Shown piece after piece: positions 52,301-64,000 of a stretch of 64,000 nucleotides of DNA. The DNA is from Utricularia gibba (lineage: Eukaryota > Plantae > Magnoliophyta): positions 3,472,001-3,536,000 of the forward strand of contig NEEC01000007.1 of NCBI GenBank assembly GCA_002189035.1, in the 5' to 3' direction. The position numbers were made by a program, and so were the translations under genes. The stretch's first letter is position 1; the number at the start of each line of letters is the position of its first letter. The notes below the pieces were generated by a model that was not told the origin of the DNA, made no database searches, and saw only the letters and a program-made list of their open reading frames with translations.

Positions 52301-53329
52301 GTTTCTCAAGGAAAAGCTTGTCGTTTTGGCGGGTGATGTCGTTGGGAACTTCGTTCGACCCAAGGTTCGTCTGACTCCTTTGCCACATCGGGTCCTACTC
52401 GACGAAAATCGTGATGCAGTTATTGAAGTTAGGATTCATGAGCACCCAAAATGGTTTTCTCAACCGCATGCTTTATATTTGAGGAGGCGCTCTCGTGGGG
52501 CAACGGTATCGAGAGGAGGTCGAGTCGAGCTCGGGCCCATAGTCATTTGTAGCTCGGCAAAAAACTTGATGCATTTATTAACGTTGGGTTTTAATAGGCT
52601 GCCTACATGTTTTCTCAAGGAAAAGCTTGTCGTTTTTGGGCGGGTGATGTCGTTGTGAACTTCGTTCTGACCCAAGGTTCGGTCTGACTCCTTTGCCACA
52701 TCGGGTCCTACTCGACGAAAATCGTGATGCAGTTATTGAAGTTAGGATGTCATGAGCACCCAAAATGGTTTTCTCAACCGCATGCTTTATATTTGATAAG
52801 GGCTCTCGTGGGGCAACGGTATCGAGCAGGAGGTCGAGTCGAGCTCGGGCCCATAGTCATTTGTAGCCCGGCAAAAAATTGATGCATTTATTAACGTTGG
52901 TTATTAGGCTGCCTACATAGTTTCTCAAGGAAAAGCTTGTCGTTTCTGGCGGGTGATGTCGTTGGGAACTTCGTTCGGACCCAAGGTTCTGTCTGACTCC
53001 TTTGCCACATCGGGTCCTACTCGACGAAAATCGTGATGCAGTTATTGAAGTTAGGATTCATGAGCACCCAAAATGGTTTTCTCAACCGCATGCTTTATAT
53101 TTGAGGAGGCGCTCTCGTGGGGCAACGGTATCGAGCAGGAGGTCGAGTCGAGCTCGGCCCATAGTCATTTGTAGCTCGGCAAAAAACTTGATGCATTAAT
53201 TAACGTTGGGTTTTAATAGAACGCCTACATTGTTTTCTCAAGGAAAAGCTTGTCGTTTTTGGGCGGGTGATGTCGTTGTGAACTTCGTTCTGACCCAAGT
53301 TCGGTCTGACTCCTTTGCCACATCGGGTC

Positions 53330-56300
53330 CTACTCGACGAAAATCGTGATGCAGTTATTGAAGTTAGGATTCATGAGCACCCAAAATGGTTTTCTCAACC
53401 GCATGCTTTATATTTGATAAGGCGCTCTCGTGGGGCAACGGTATCGAGCAGGAGGTCGAGTCGAACTTGGGCCCAGAGTCATTTGTAGCCCGACAAAAAA
53501 TATTGATGCATTTATTAACGTTCGGCTCTATTAGGCTGCCTACATAGTTTCTCAAGGAAAAGCTTATCGTTTCTGGCGGGTGATGTCGTTGGGAACTTCG
53601 TTCGGACCCAAGGTTCTGTCTGACTCCTTTGCCACATCGGGTCCTACTTGACGAAAATCGTGATGCAGTTATTGAAGTTAGGATGTCATGAGCACCCAAA
53701 ATGGTTTTCTTAACCGCATGCTTTATATTTGAGGAGGCGCTCTCGTGGGGCAACGGTATCGAGCAGGAGGTCGAGTCGAGCTCGGGCCCATAGTCATTTG
53801 TAGCTCGGCAAAAAACATGATGCATTAATTAACGTTGGGTTTTAATAGAACGCCTACATTGTTTTCTCAAGGAAAAGCTTGTCGTTTTTGGGCTGGCGAT
53901 TTCGTTGTGAACTTCGTTCTGACCCAACGTTCGGTCTTACTCCTTTGCCACATCGGGTCCTACTCGACGAAAATCGTGATGCACTTATTAAAGTTAGCAT
54001 ATCATGAGCACCAAAATGGTTTTCTCAACCGCATGCTTTATATTTGATAAGGCGCTCTCGTGGGTCAACGGTATCGAGCAGGAGGTCGAGTCGAGCTCGG
54101 GCCCAGAGTCATTTGTAGCCCGACAAAAATATTGATGCATTTATTAACGTTCGGCGCTATTAGGCTGCCTACATAGTTTCTCATGGAAAAGCTTGTCGTT
54201 TCTGCGCGGGTGATGTCGTTGGGAACTTCGTTCGGACCCAAGGTTCTGTCTGATTCCTTTGCCACATCGGGTCCTACTCGACGAAAATCGTGATTCAGTT
54301 ATTGAAGTTAGGATGTCATGAGCACCCAAAATGGTTTTCTCAACCGGATGCTTTATATTTGAGGAGGCGCTCTCGTGGGGCAACGGTATCGAGTAGGAGG
54401 TCGAGTCGAGCTCGGGCCCATAGTCATTTGTAGCTCGGCAAAAAACTTGATGCATTTATTAACGTTGGTTTTAATAGGCAATGGTTTTCTCAAGGAAAAG
54501 CTTGTCGTTTTTGGGCGGGTGATTTCGTTGTGAACTTCGTTCTGACCCAAGTTCGGTCTGTCCTTTGCCAATCGGTCCTACTCGACGAAAATCGTGATGC
54601 AGTTATTGAAGTTAGGATTTCATGAGCACCCAAAATGGTTTTCTCAACCGCATGCTTTATATTTGATAAGGCACTCTCGTGGGGCAACGGTATCGAGCAG
54701 GAGGTCGAGTCGAGCTCGGCCCAGAGTCATTTGTAGCCCGGCAAAAATATTGATGCATTTATTAACGTTCGGCCTATTAGGCTGCCTACATAGTTTCTCA
54801 TGGAAAAGCTTGTCGTTTCTGCGCGGGTGATGTCGTTGGGAACTTCGTTCGGACCCAAGGTTCTGTCTGATTCCTTTGCCACATCGGGTCCTACTCGACG
54901 AAAATCGTGATTCAGTTATTGAAGTTAGGATGTCATGAGCACCCAAAATGGTTTTCTCAACCGGATGCTTTATATTTGAGGAGGCGCTCTCGTGGGGCAA
55001 CGGTATCGAGAGGAGGAGTCGAGTCGGGCCCATAGTCATTTGTAGCTCGGCAAAAAACTTGATGCATTAATTAACGTTGGGTTTTAATAGAACGCCTACA
55101 TTGTTTTCTCAAGGAAAAGCTTGTCGTTTTTGGGCGGGTGATTTCGTTGTGAACTTCGTTCTGACCCACGTTCGGTCTGACTCCTTTGCCACATCGGGTC
55201 CTACTCGACGAAAATCGTGATGCAGTTATTGAAGTTAGCATGTCAGGAGCACCCAAAATGGTTTTCTCAACCGCATGCTTTATATTTGATAAGGTGCTCT
55301 CGTGGGGCAACGGTATCGAGTAGGAGGTCGAGTCGAGCTCGGGCCCATAGTCATTTGTAGCCCGACAAAAATATTGATGCATTTATTAACGTTCGGGCTA
55401 TTAGGCTGCCTACATAGTTTCTCATGGAAAAGCTTGTCGTTTCTGCGCGGGTGATGTCGTTGGGAACTTCGTTCGGACCCAAGGTTCTGTCTGACTCCTT
55501 TGCCACATCGGGTCCTACTCGACGAAAATCGTGATTCAGTTATTGAAGTTAGGATGTCATGAGCACCCAAAATGGTTTTCTCAACCGCATGCTTTATATT
55601 TGAGGAGGCGCTCTCGTGGGGCAACGGTATCGAGTAGGAGGTCGAGTCGAGCTCGGGCCCATAGTCATTTGTAGCTCGGCAAAAAACTTGATGCATTAAT
55701 TAACGTTGGGTTTTAATAGAACGCCTACATTGTTTTCTCAAGGAAAAGCTTGTCGTTTTTGGGCGGGTGATGTCGTTGGGAACTTCGTTCTGACCCAACG
55801 TTCGGTCTCTCCTTTGCCACATCGGGTCCTACTCGACGAAAATCGTGATGCAGTTATTGAAGTTAGGATTCAGGAGCACCCAAAATGGTTTTTCTCAACC
55901 GCATGCTTTATATTTGATAAGGTGCTCTCGTGGGGCAACGGTATCGAGTAGGAGGTCGAGTCGAGCTCGGGCCATAGTCATTTGTAGCCCGACAAAAATA
56001 TTGATGCATTTATTAACGTTCGGTATTAGGCTGCCTACATAGTTTCTCATGGAAAAGCTTGTCGTTTCTGCGCGGGTGATGTCGTTGGGAACTTCGTTCG
56101 ACCCAAGGTTCTGTCTGATTCCTTTGCCACATCGGGTCCTACTCGACGAAAATCGTGATTCAGTTATTGAAGTTAGGATGTCATGAGCACCCAAAATGGT
56201 TTTCTCAACCGGATGCTTTATATTTGAGGAGGCGCTCTCGTGGGGCAACGGTATCGAGTAGGAGGTCGAGTCGACTCGGGCCCATAGTCATTTGTAGCTC

Positions 56301-59300
56301 GGCAAAAAACTTGATGCATTTATTAACGTTGGTTTTTAATAGGCTGCCTCAATGGTTTTCTCAAGGAAAAGCTTGTCGTTTTTGGGCGGGTGATTTCGTT
56401 GTGAACTTCGTTCTGACCCAACGTTCGGTCTGTCCTTTGCCAAATCGGTCCTACTCGACGAAAATCGTGATGCAGTTATTGAAGTTAGGATTTCATGAGC
56501 ACCCAAAATGGTTTTCTCAACCGCGTGCTTTATATTTGATAAGGCGCTCTCGTGGGGCAACGGTATCGAGCAGGAGGTCGAGTCGAGCTCGGCCCAGAGT
56601 CATTTGTAGCCGGCAAAAAATATTGATGCATTTATTAACGTTCGGCGCTATTAGGCTGCCTACATAGTTTCTCATGGAAAAGCTTGTCGTTTCTGCGCGG
56701 GTGATGTCGTTGGAACTTCGTTCGGACCCAAGGTTCTGTCTGACTCCTTTGCCACATCGGGTCCTACTCGACGAAAATCGTGATGCAGTTATTGAAGTTA
56801 GGATGTCATGAGCACCCAAAATGGTTTTCTCAACCGGATGCTTTATATTTGAGGAGGCGCTCTCGTGGGGCAACGGTATCGAGTAGGAGGTCGAGTCGAG
56901 CTCGGGCCCATAGTCATTTGTAGCTCGGCAAAAAACTTGATGCATTAATTAACGTTGGGTTTTAATAGAACGCCTACATTGTTTTCTCAAGGAAAAGCTT
57001 GTCGTTTTTGGGCGGGTGATTTCGTTGTGAACTTCGTTCTGACCCAAGTTCGGTCTGACTCCTTTGCCACATCGGGTCCTACTCGACGAAAATCGTGATG
57101 CAGTTATTGAAGTTAGCATGTCAGGAGCACCCAAAATGGTTTTCTCAACCGCATGCTTTATATTTGATAAGGTGCTCGTGGGGCAACGGTATCGAGTAGG
57201 AGGTCGAGTCGAGCTCGGGCCCATAGTCATTTGTAGCCCGACAAAAATATTGATGCATTTATTAACGTTCGGCGTATTAGGCTGCCTACATAGTTTCTCT
57301 CATGGAAAAGCTTGTCGTTTCTGCGCGGGTGATGTCGTTGGGAACTTCGTTCGGACCCAAGGTTCTGTCTGACTCCTTTGCCACATCGGGTCCTACTCGA
57401 CGAAAATCGTGATGCAGTTATTGAAGTTAGGATGTCATGAGCACCCAAAATGGTTTTCTCAACCGCATGCTTTATATTTGAGGAGGCGCTCTCGTGGGGC
57501 AACGGTATCGAGTAGGAGGTCGAGTCGAGCTCGGGCCCATAGTCATTTGTAGCTCGGCAAAAAACTTGATGCATTAATTAACGTTGGTTTAATAGAACGC
57601 CTACATTGTTTTCTCAAGGAAAAGCTTGTCGTTTTGGGCGGGTGATTTCGTTGTGAACTTCGTTCTGACCCAAGTTCGGTCTGACTCCTTTGCCACATCG
57701 GTCCTACTCGACGAAAATCGTGATGCAGTTATTGAAGTTAGGATGTCATGAGCACCCAAAATGGTTTTCTCAACCGCATGCTTTATATTTGATAAGGTGC
57801 TCTCGTGGGGCAACGGTATCGAGCAGGAGGTCGAGTCGAGCTCGGGCCAGAGTCATTTGTAGCCCGACAAAAAATTGATGCATTTATTAACGTTGGGTTT
57901 TAATAGAACGCCTACATTGTTTTCTCAAGGAAAAGCTTGTCGTTTTTGGCGGGTGATTTCGTTGTGAACTTCGTTCTGACCCACGTTCGGTCTGACTCCT
58001 TTGCCACATCGGTCCTACTCGACGAAAATCGTGATGCAGTTATTGAAGTTAGCATGTCATGAGCACCCAAAATGGTTTTCTCAACCGCATGCTTTATATT
58101 TGATAAGGTGCTCTCGTGGGGCAACGTATCGAGTAGGAGGTCGAGTCGAGCTCGGCCCATAGTCATTTGTAGCCGACAAAAATATTGATGCATTTATTAA
58201 CGTTCGGCGCTATTAGGCTGCCTACATAGTTTTCAAGGAAAAGCTTGTCGTTTCTGCGCGGGTGATGTCGTTGGGAACTTCGTTCGGACCCAAGGTTCTG
58301 TCTGACTCTTTGCCAAATCGGTCCTACTCGACGAAAATCGTGATGCAGTTATTGAAGTTAGGATTTCATGAGCACCCAAAATGGTTTTTCAACGCATGCT
58401 TTATTTGAGGAGGCGCTCTCGTGGGGCACGGTATCGGGCAGGAGGTCGAGTCGGGTTCGGCCCAGAGTCATTTTTAGCCTGTCAAAAAATGATGCATTTA
58501 TTAACGTTGGGTTTTAATAGGCTGCCTCCATGGTTTCTCAAGGAAAAGCTTGTCGTTTCTGGGCGGGTGATGTCTTTTGGAACTTCGTTCTGACCATTTC
58601 GGTCTGACTCCTTTGCCACATCGGGTCCTACTCGACGAAAATCGTGATGCAGTTATTGAAGTTAGATATCATGAGCACCCAAAATGGTTTTCTCAACCGC
58701 ATGCTTTATATTTGATAAGGCGCTCTCGTGGGGCAACGGTATCGAGCAGGAGGTCGAGTCGAGCTCGGGCCCAGAGTCATTTGTAGCCCGACAAAAATAT
58801 TGATGCATTTATTAACGTTCGGCTCTATTAGGCTGCCTACATAGTTTCTCAAGGAAAAGCTTGTCGTTTCTGCGCGGGTGATGTCGTTGGGAACTTCGTT
58901 CGGACCCAAGGTTCTGTCTGACTCCTTTGCCACATCGGGTCCTACTCGACGAAAATCGTGATGCAGTTATTGAAGTTAGGATGTCATGAGCACCCAAAAT
59001 GGTTTTCTCAACCGCATGCTTTATATTTGAGGAGGCGCTCTCGTGGGGCAACGGTATCGAGCAGGAGGTCGAGTCGAGCTCGGGCCCATAGTCATTTGTA
59101 GCTCGGCAAAAAATGATGCATTAATTAACGTTGGGTTTTAATAGAACGCCTACATTGTTTTCTCAAGGAAAAGCTTGTCGTTTTTGGGCTGGTGATTTCG
59201 TTGTGAACTTCGTTCTGACCCAACGTTCGGTCTTACTCCTTTGCCACATCGGGTCCTACTCGACGAAAATCGTGATGCAGTTATTGAAGTTAGCATATCA

Positions 59301-62300
59301 TGAGCACCCAAAATGGTTTTCTCAACCGCATGCTTTATATTTGATAAGGCGCTCTCGTGGGTCAACGGTATCGAGCAGGAGGTCGAGTCGAGCTCGGCCC
59401 AGAGTCATTTGTAGCCCGACAAAAATATTGATGCATTTATTAACGTTCGGCGCTATTAGGCTGCCTACATAGTTTCTCATGGAAAAGCTTGTCGTTTCTG
59501 CGCGGGTGATGTCGTTGGAACTTCGTTCGACCAAGGTTCTGTCTGATTCCTTTGCCACATCGGGTCCTACTCGACGAAAATCGTGATTCAGTTATTGAAG
59601 TTAGGATGTCATGAGCACCCAAAATGGTTTTCTCACCGATGCTTTATATTTGAGGAGGCGCTCTCGTGGGGCAACGGTATCGAGTAGGAGGTCGAGTCGA
59701 GCTCGGGCCCATAGTCATTTGTAGCTCGGCAAAAAACTTGATGCATTAATTAACGTTGGGTTTTAATAGAACGCCTACATTGTTTTCTCAAGGAAAAGCT
59801 TGTCGTTTTTGGGCGGGTGATTTCGTTGTGAACTTCGTTCTGACCCACGTTCGGTCTGACTCCTTTGCCACATCGGGTCCTACTCGACGAAAATCGTGAT
59901 GCAGTTATTGAAGTTAGCATGTCAGGAGCACCCAAAATGGTTTTCTCAACCGCATGCTTTATATTTGATAAGGTGCTCTCGTGGGGCAACGGTATCGAGT
60001 AGGAGGTCGAGTCGAGCTCGGGCCCATAGTCATTTGTAGCCCGACAAAAATATTGATGCATTTATTAACGTTCGGCGCTATTAGGCTGCCTACATAGTTT
60101 CTCATGGAAAAGCTTGTCGTTTCTGCGCGGGTGATGTCGTTGGGAACTTCGTTCGACCCAAGGTTCTGTCTGACTCCTTTGCCACATCGGTCCTACTCGA
60201 CGAAAATCGTGATGCAGTTATTGAAGTTAGGATGTCATGAGCACCCAAAATGGTTTTCTCAACCGCATGCTTTATATTTGAGGAGGCGCTCTCGTGGGGC
60301 AACGGTATCGAGTAGGAGGTCGAGTCGAGCTCGGGCCCATAGTCATTTGTAGCTCGGCAAAAAACTTGATGCATTAATTAACGTTGGGTTTTAATAGCCC
60401 TACATTGTTTTCTCAAAAAAAGCTTGTCGTTTTTGGGCGGGTGATGTCGTTGTGAACTTCGTTCTGACCCAAGGTTCGGTCTGTCACCTTTGCCAAATCG
60501 GTCCTACTCGACGAAAATCGTGATGCAGTTATTGAAGTTAGGATTTCATGAGCACCCAAAATGGTTTTCTCAACCGCATGCTTTATATTTGATAAGGTGC
60601 TCTCGTGGGGCAACGGTATCGAGTAGGAGGTCGAGTCGAGCTCGGGCCCATAGTCATTTGTAGCTCGGCAAAAAACTTGATGCATTAATTAACGTTGGTT
60701 TAATAGAACGCCTACATTGTTTTCTCAAGGAAAAGCTTGTCGTTTTTGGGCGGGTGATTTCGTTGTGAACTTCGTTCTGACCCACGTTCGGTCTGACTCC
60801 TTTGCCACATCGGGTCCTACTCGACGAAAATCGTGATGCAGTTATTGAAGTTAGCATGTCAGGAGCACCCAAAATGGTTTTCTCAACCGCATGCTTTATA
60901 TTTGATAAGGTGCTCTCGTGGGGCAACGGTATCGAGCAGGAGGTCGAGTCGAGCTCGGCCATAGTCATTTGTAGCCCGACAAAAATATTGATGCATTTAT
61001 TAACGTTCGGCGCTAATAGGCTGCCTACATAGTTTCTCAAGGAAAAGCTTGTCGTTTCTGCGCGGGTGATGTCGTTGGAACTTCGTTCTGACCCAAGGTT
61101 CGGTCTGTCTCCTTTGCCAAATCTGGTCCTACTCGACGAAAATCGTGATGCAGTTATTGAAGTTAGGATTCATGAGCACCCAAAATTTTTCTCAACGCAT
61201 GCTTTGTATTGAGGAGGCGCTCTGTGGGGCACGGTATCGGGCAGGTCGAGTCGAAGAGTCATTTTTAGCAAAAATGATGCATTTATTAACGTTGGGTTTT
61301 AATAGGCTGGGCTTGTCGTTTCTGGGCGGGTGATGTCTTTTGGAACTTCGTTCTGACCAAGGTTCGGTCTGACCCTTTGCCACATCGGGTCCTACTCGAC
61401 GAAAATCGTGATGCAGTTATTGAAGTTAGGATTCATGAGCACCCAAAATGGTTTTTCAACCGCATGCTTTATATTTGATAAGGCGCTCTCGTGGGGCAAC
61501 GGTATCGAGCAGGAGGTCGAGTCGAGCTCGGGCCCAGAGTCATTTGTAGCCGACAAAAATTGATGCATTTATTAACGTTCGGCTTTTATTAGGCTGCCTA
61601 CATAGTTTCTCAAGGAAAAGCTTGTCGTTTCTGGGCGGGTGATGTCGTTGGAACTTCGTTCTGACCCAGTTCGGTCTGACTCCTTTGCCACATCGGGTCC
61701 TACTCGACGAAAATCGTGATGCAGTTATTGAAGTTAGGATGTCATGAGCACCCAAAATGGTTTTCTCAACCGCATGCTTTATATTTGATAAGGTGCTCTC
61801 GTGGGGCAACGGTATCGAGTAGGAGGTCGAGTCGAGCTCGGGCCCATAGTCATTTGTAGCCGACAAAAAATTGATGCATTTATTAACGTTTCGGCGCTAT
61901 TAGGCTGCCTACATAGTTTCTCATGGAAAAGCTTGTCGTTTCTGGGCGGGTGATGTCGTTGGGAACTTCGTTCGGACCCAAGGTTCGTCTGACTCCCTTT
62001 GCCACATCGGGTCCTACTCGACGAAAATCGTGATGCAGTTATTGAAGTTAGGATGTCATGAGCACCCAAAAATGGTTTTCTCAACCGCATGCTTTATATT
62101 TGAGGAGGCGCTCTCGTGGGGCAACGGTATCGAGTAGGAGGTCGAGTCGAGCTCGGGCCCATAGTCATTTGTAGCTCGGCAAAAAACTTGATGCATTAAT
62201 TAACGTTGGTTTTAATAGGCCTACATTGTTTTCTCAAGGAAAAGCTTGTCGTTTTGGGCGGGTGATTTCGTTGTGAACTTCGTTCTGACCCACGTTCGGT

Positions 62301-64000
62301 CTGACTCCTTTGCCATCGGGTCCTACTCGACGAAAATCGTGATGCAGTTATTGAAGTTAGCATGTCAGGAGCACCCAAAATGGTTTTCTCAACCGCATGC
62401 TTTATATTTGATAAGGTGCTCTCGTGGGCAACGGTATCGAGCAGGAGGTCGAGTCGAGCTCGGGCCAGAGTCATTTGTAGCCCGACAAAAATATTGATGC
62501 ATTTATTAACGTTCGGCTATTAGGCTGCCTACATAGTTTCTCAAGGAAAAGCTTGTCGTTTCTGCGCGGGTGATGTCGTTGGAACTTCGTTCGACCCAAG
62601 GTTCGGTCTGACTCCTTTGCCACGGTCCTACTCGACGAAAATCGTGATGCAGTTATTGAAGTTAGGATGTCATGAGCACCCAAAATGGTTTTCTCAACCG
62701 CATGCTTTATATTTTTGAGGAGGCGCTCTCGTGGGGCAACGGTATCGAGCAGGAGGTCGAGTCGAGCGGGGCCCATAGTCATTTGTAGCTCGGCAAAAAA
62801 TTGATGCATTTATTAACGTTGGTTTTAATAGGCCGCCTACATGGTTTCTCAAGAAAAAGCTTGTCGTTTTTGGGCGGGTGATGTCGTTGTGAACTTCGTT
62901 CTGACCAAGGTTCGGTCTGACTCCTTTGCCACATCGGGTCCTACTCGACGAAAATCGTGATGCAGTTATTGAAGTTAGGATGTCATGAGCACCCAAAATG
63001 GTTTTCTCAACCGCATGCTTTATATTTGAGGAGGCGCTCTCGTGGGGGCAACGGTATCGAGCAGGAGGTCGAGTCGAGCTCGGGCCCATAGTCATTTGTA
63101 GCCCGAAAAAATTGATGCATTTATTAACGTTCGGCGCTATTAGGCTGCCTACATAGTTTCTCAAGAAAAGCTTGTCGTTTCTGGCGGGTGATGTCGTTGG
63201 AACTTCGTTCGACCCAAGGTTCTGTCTGACTCCTTTGCCACATCGGGTCCTACTCGACGAAAATCGTGATGCAGTTATTGAAGTTAGGATGTCATGAGCA
63301 CCCAAAATGGTTTTCTCAACCGCATGCTTTATATTTGATAAGGGCTCTCGTGGGGCAACGGTATCGAGTAGGAGGTCGAGTCGAGCTCGGGCCCATAGTC
63401 ATTTGTAGCCGACAAAAATTGATGCATTTATTAACGTTCGGCGCTATTAGGCTGCCTACATAGTTTCTCAAGGAAAAGCTTGTCGTTTCTGCGCGGGTGA
63501 TGTCGTTGGAACTTCGTTCGGACCCAAGGTTCTGTCTGACTCCTTTGCCACATCGGGTCCTACTCGACGAAAATCGTGATGCAGTTATTGAAGTTAGGAT
63601 GTCATGAGCACCCAAAATGGTTTTCTCAACCGCATGCTTTATATTTGAGGAGGCGCTCTCGTGGGGCAACGGTATCGAGTAGGAGGTCGAGTCGAGCTCG
63701 GCCCATAGTCATTTGTAGCTCGGCAAAAAACTTGATGCATTATTAACGTTGGGTTTTAATAGAACGCCTACATTGTTTTCTCAAGGAAAAGCTTGTCGTT
63801 TTGGGGCGGTGATTTCGTTGTGAACTTCGTTCTGACCCAGTTCGGTCTGACTCCTTTGCCACATCGGGTCCTACTCGACGAAAATCGTGATGCAGTTATT
63901 GAAGTTAGGATGTCATGAGCACCCAAAATGGTTTTCTCAACCGCATGCTTTATATTTGATAAGGCTCTCGTGGGGCAACGGTATCGAGCAGGAGGTCGAG
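53330..64000 (+). repeat. Distal satellite variant block (distinct dimer subfamily)
   Basis: Diagnostic variants are frequent here: CCCGACAAAAATATTG, TTCGGCGCTATT, CTCATGG, CTGCGCGGG, GGTTCTGTCTG, GCATTAATTAAC, AATAGAACGCC, GTGATTTCG, GTTAGCATGTCAGGAGC. Confidence 0.85.

Larger units (their letters stand above)
14166..64000 (+). repeat. Tandem satellite array, ~315-bp monomer (2 x ~157 bp), about 160 copies, single orientation, continuing beyond the window; candidate centromeric/pericentromeric satellite
   Basis: The anchor CTACTCGACGAAAAT recurs at 14189, 14505, 14821, 15136, 15452, 15767, 16082 and onward (315-316 bp spacing at the edge, ~307-312 in the interior). About 48% GC. Centromeric function is inferred only. 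Confidence 0.98.

Noticed and set aside
14287-63669. Hundreds of short ORFs with recurring peptides (MHQVFCRATNDYGPELDST..., MPHRVLLDENRDAVIEV...)
   Set aside because: They are alternative-frame translations of the satellite monomer. They occur on both strands, change with each indel and show no protein motifs.
14166-64000. CRISPR-like or rDNA (5S/IGS) interpretation of the array
   Set aside because: There are no unique spacers or cas genes, and no 5S or other rRNA sequence is recognisable. Whole units repeat head to tail in a plant retrotransposon context.
14166-64000. Several 6-bp palindromes per monomer (TCATGA, GCATGC, GAGCTC, GGGCCC, ATGCAT, AACGTT, AAGCTT) and a TATTAA..TTAATA stem
   Set aside because: About 7 are seen versus about 5 expected by chance in 315 bp, and the stem has only 6-bp arms and is variant-dependent. 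Too weak to claim cruciform function without computation.
14166-64000. Species or named satellite family assignment
   Set aside because: I do not recognise the monomer with confidence; a database search is required.

Overview
Plant repeat-boundary DNA with no host protein-coding or RNA genes. Bases 1-14165 are a nest of three decayed LTR retrotransposons. (1) A CRM-like chromovirus remnant on the minus strand (integrase, PPT and start of the 3' LTR; ~1-1045). (2) An Athila-type Ty3/gypsy element on the minus strand (5' LTR 7887-9099, tRNA-Asp PBS, frameshifted gag-PR-RT-RH-INT, no 3' LTR). (3) A nearly intact Ty1/copia element whose body and 3' LTR are on the plus strand, while its 5' LTR fragment, PBS and leader are inverted (9100-9434). 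From 14166 to the end is one unidirectional satellite array of roughly 160 monomers of ~307-316 bp. Each monomer is a diverged dimer of ~157-158 bp subunits, and monomers pair into ~620-631 bp higher-order repeats. The array has distinct variant zones, a multi-kb internal duplication and a scrambled zone (~24.8-29.3 kb) that may be an assembly artefact. The picture fits a centromere or pericentromere edge, which is an inference. The many ORFs called inside the satellite are spurious. I found no evidence for a novel protein-coding system; the notable items are structural.
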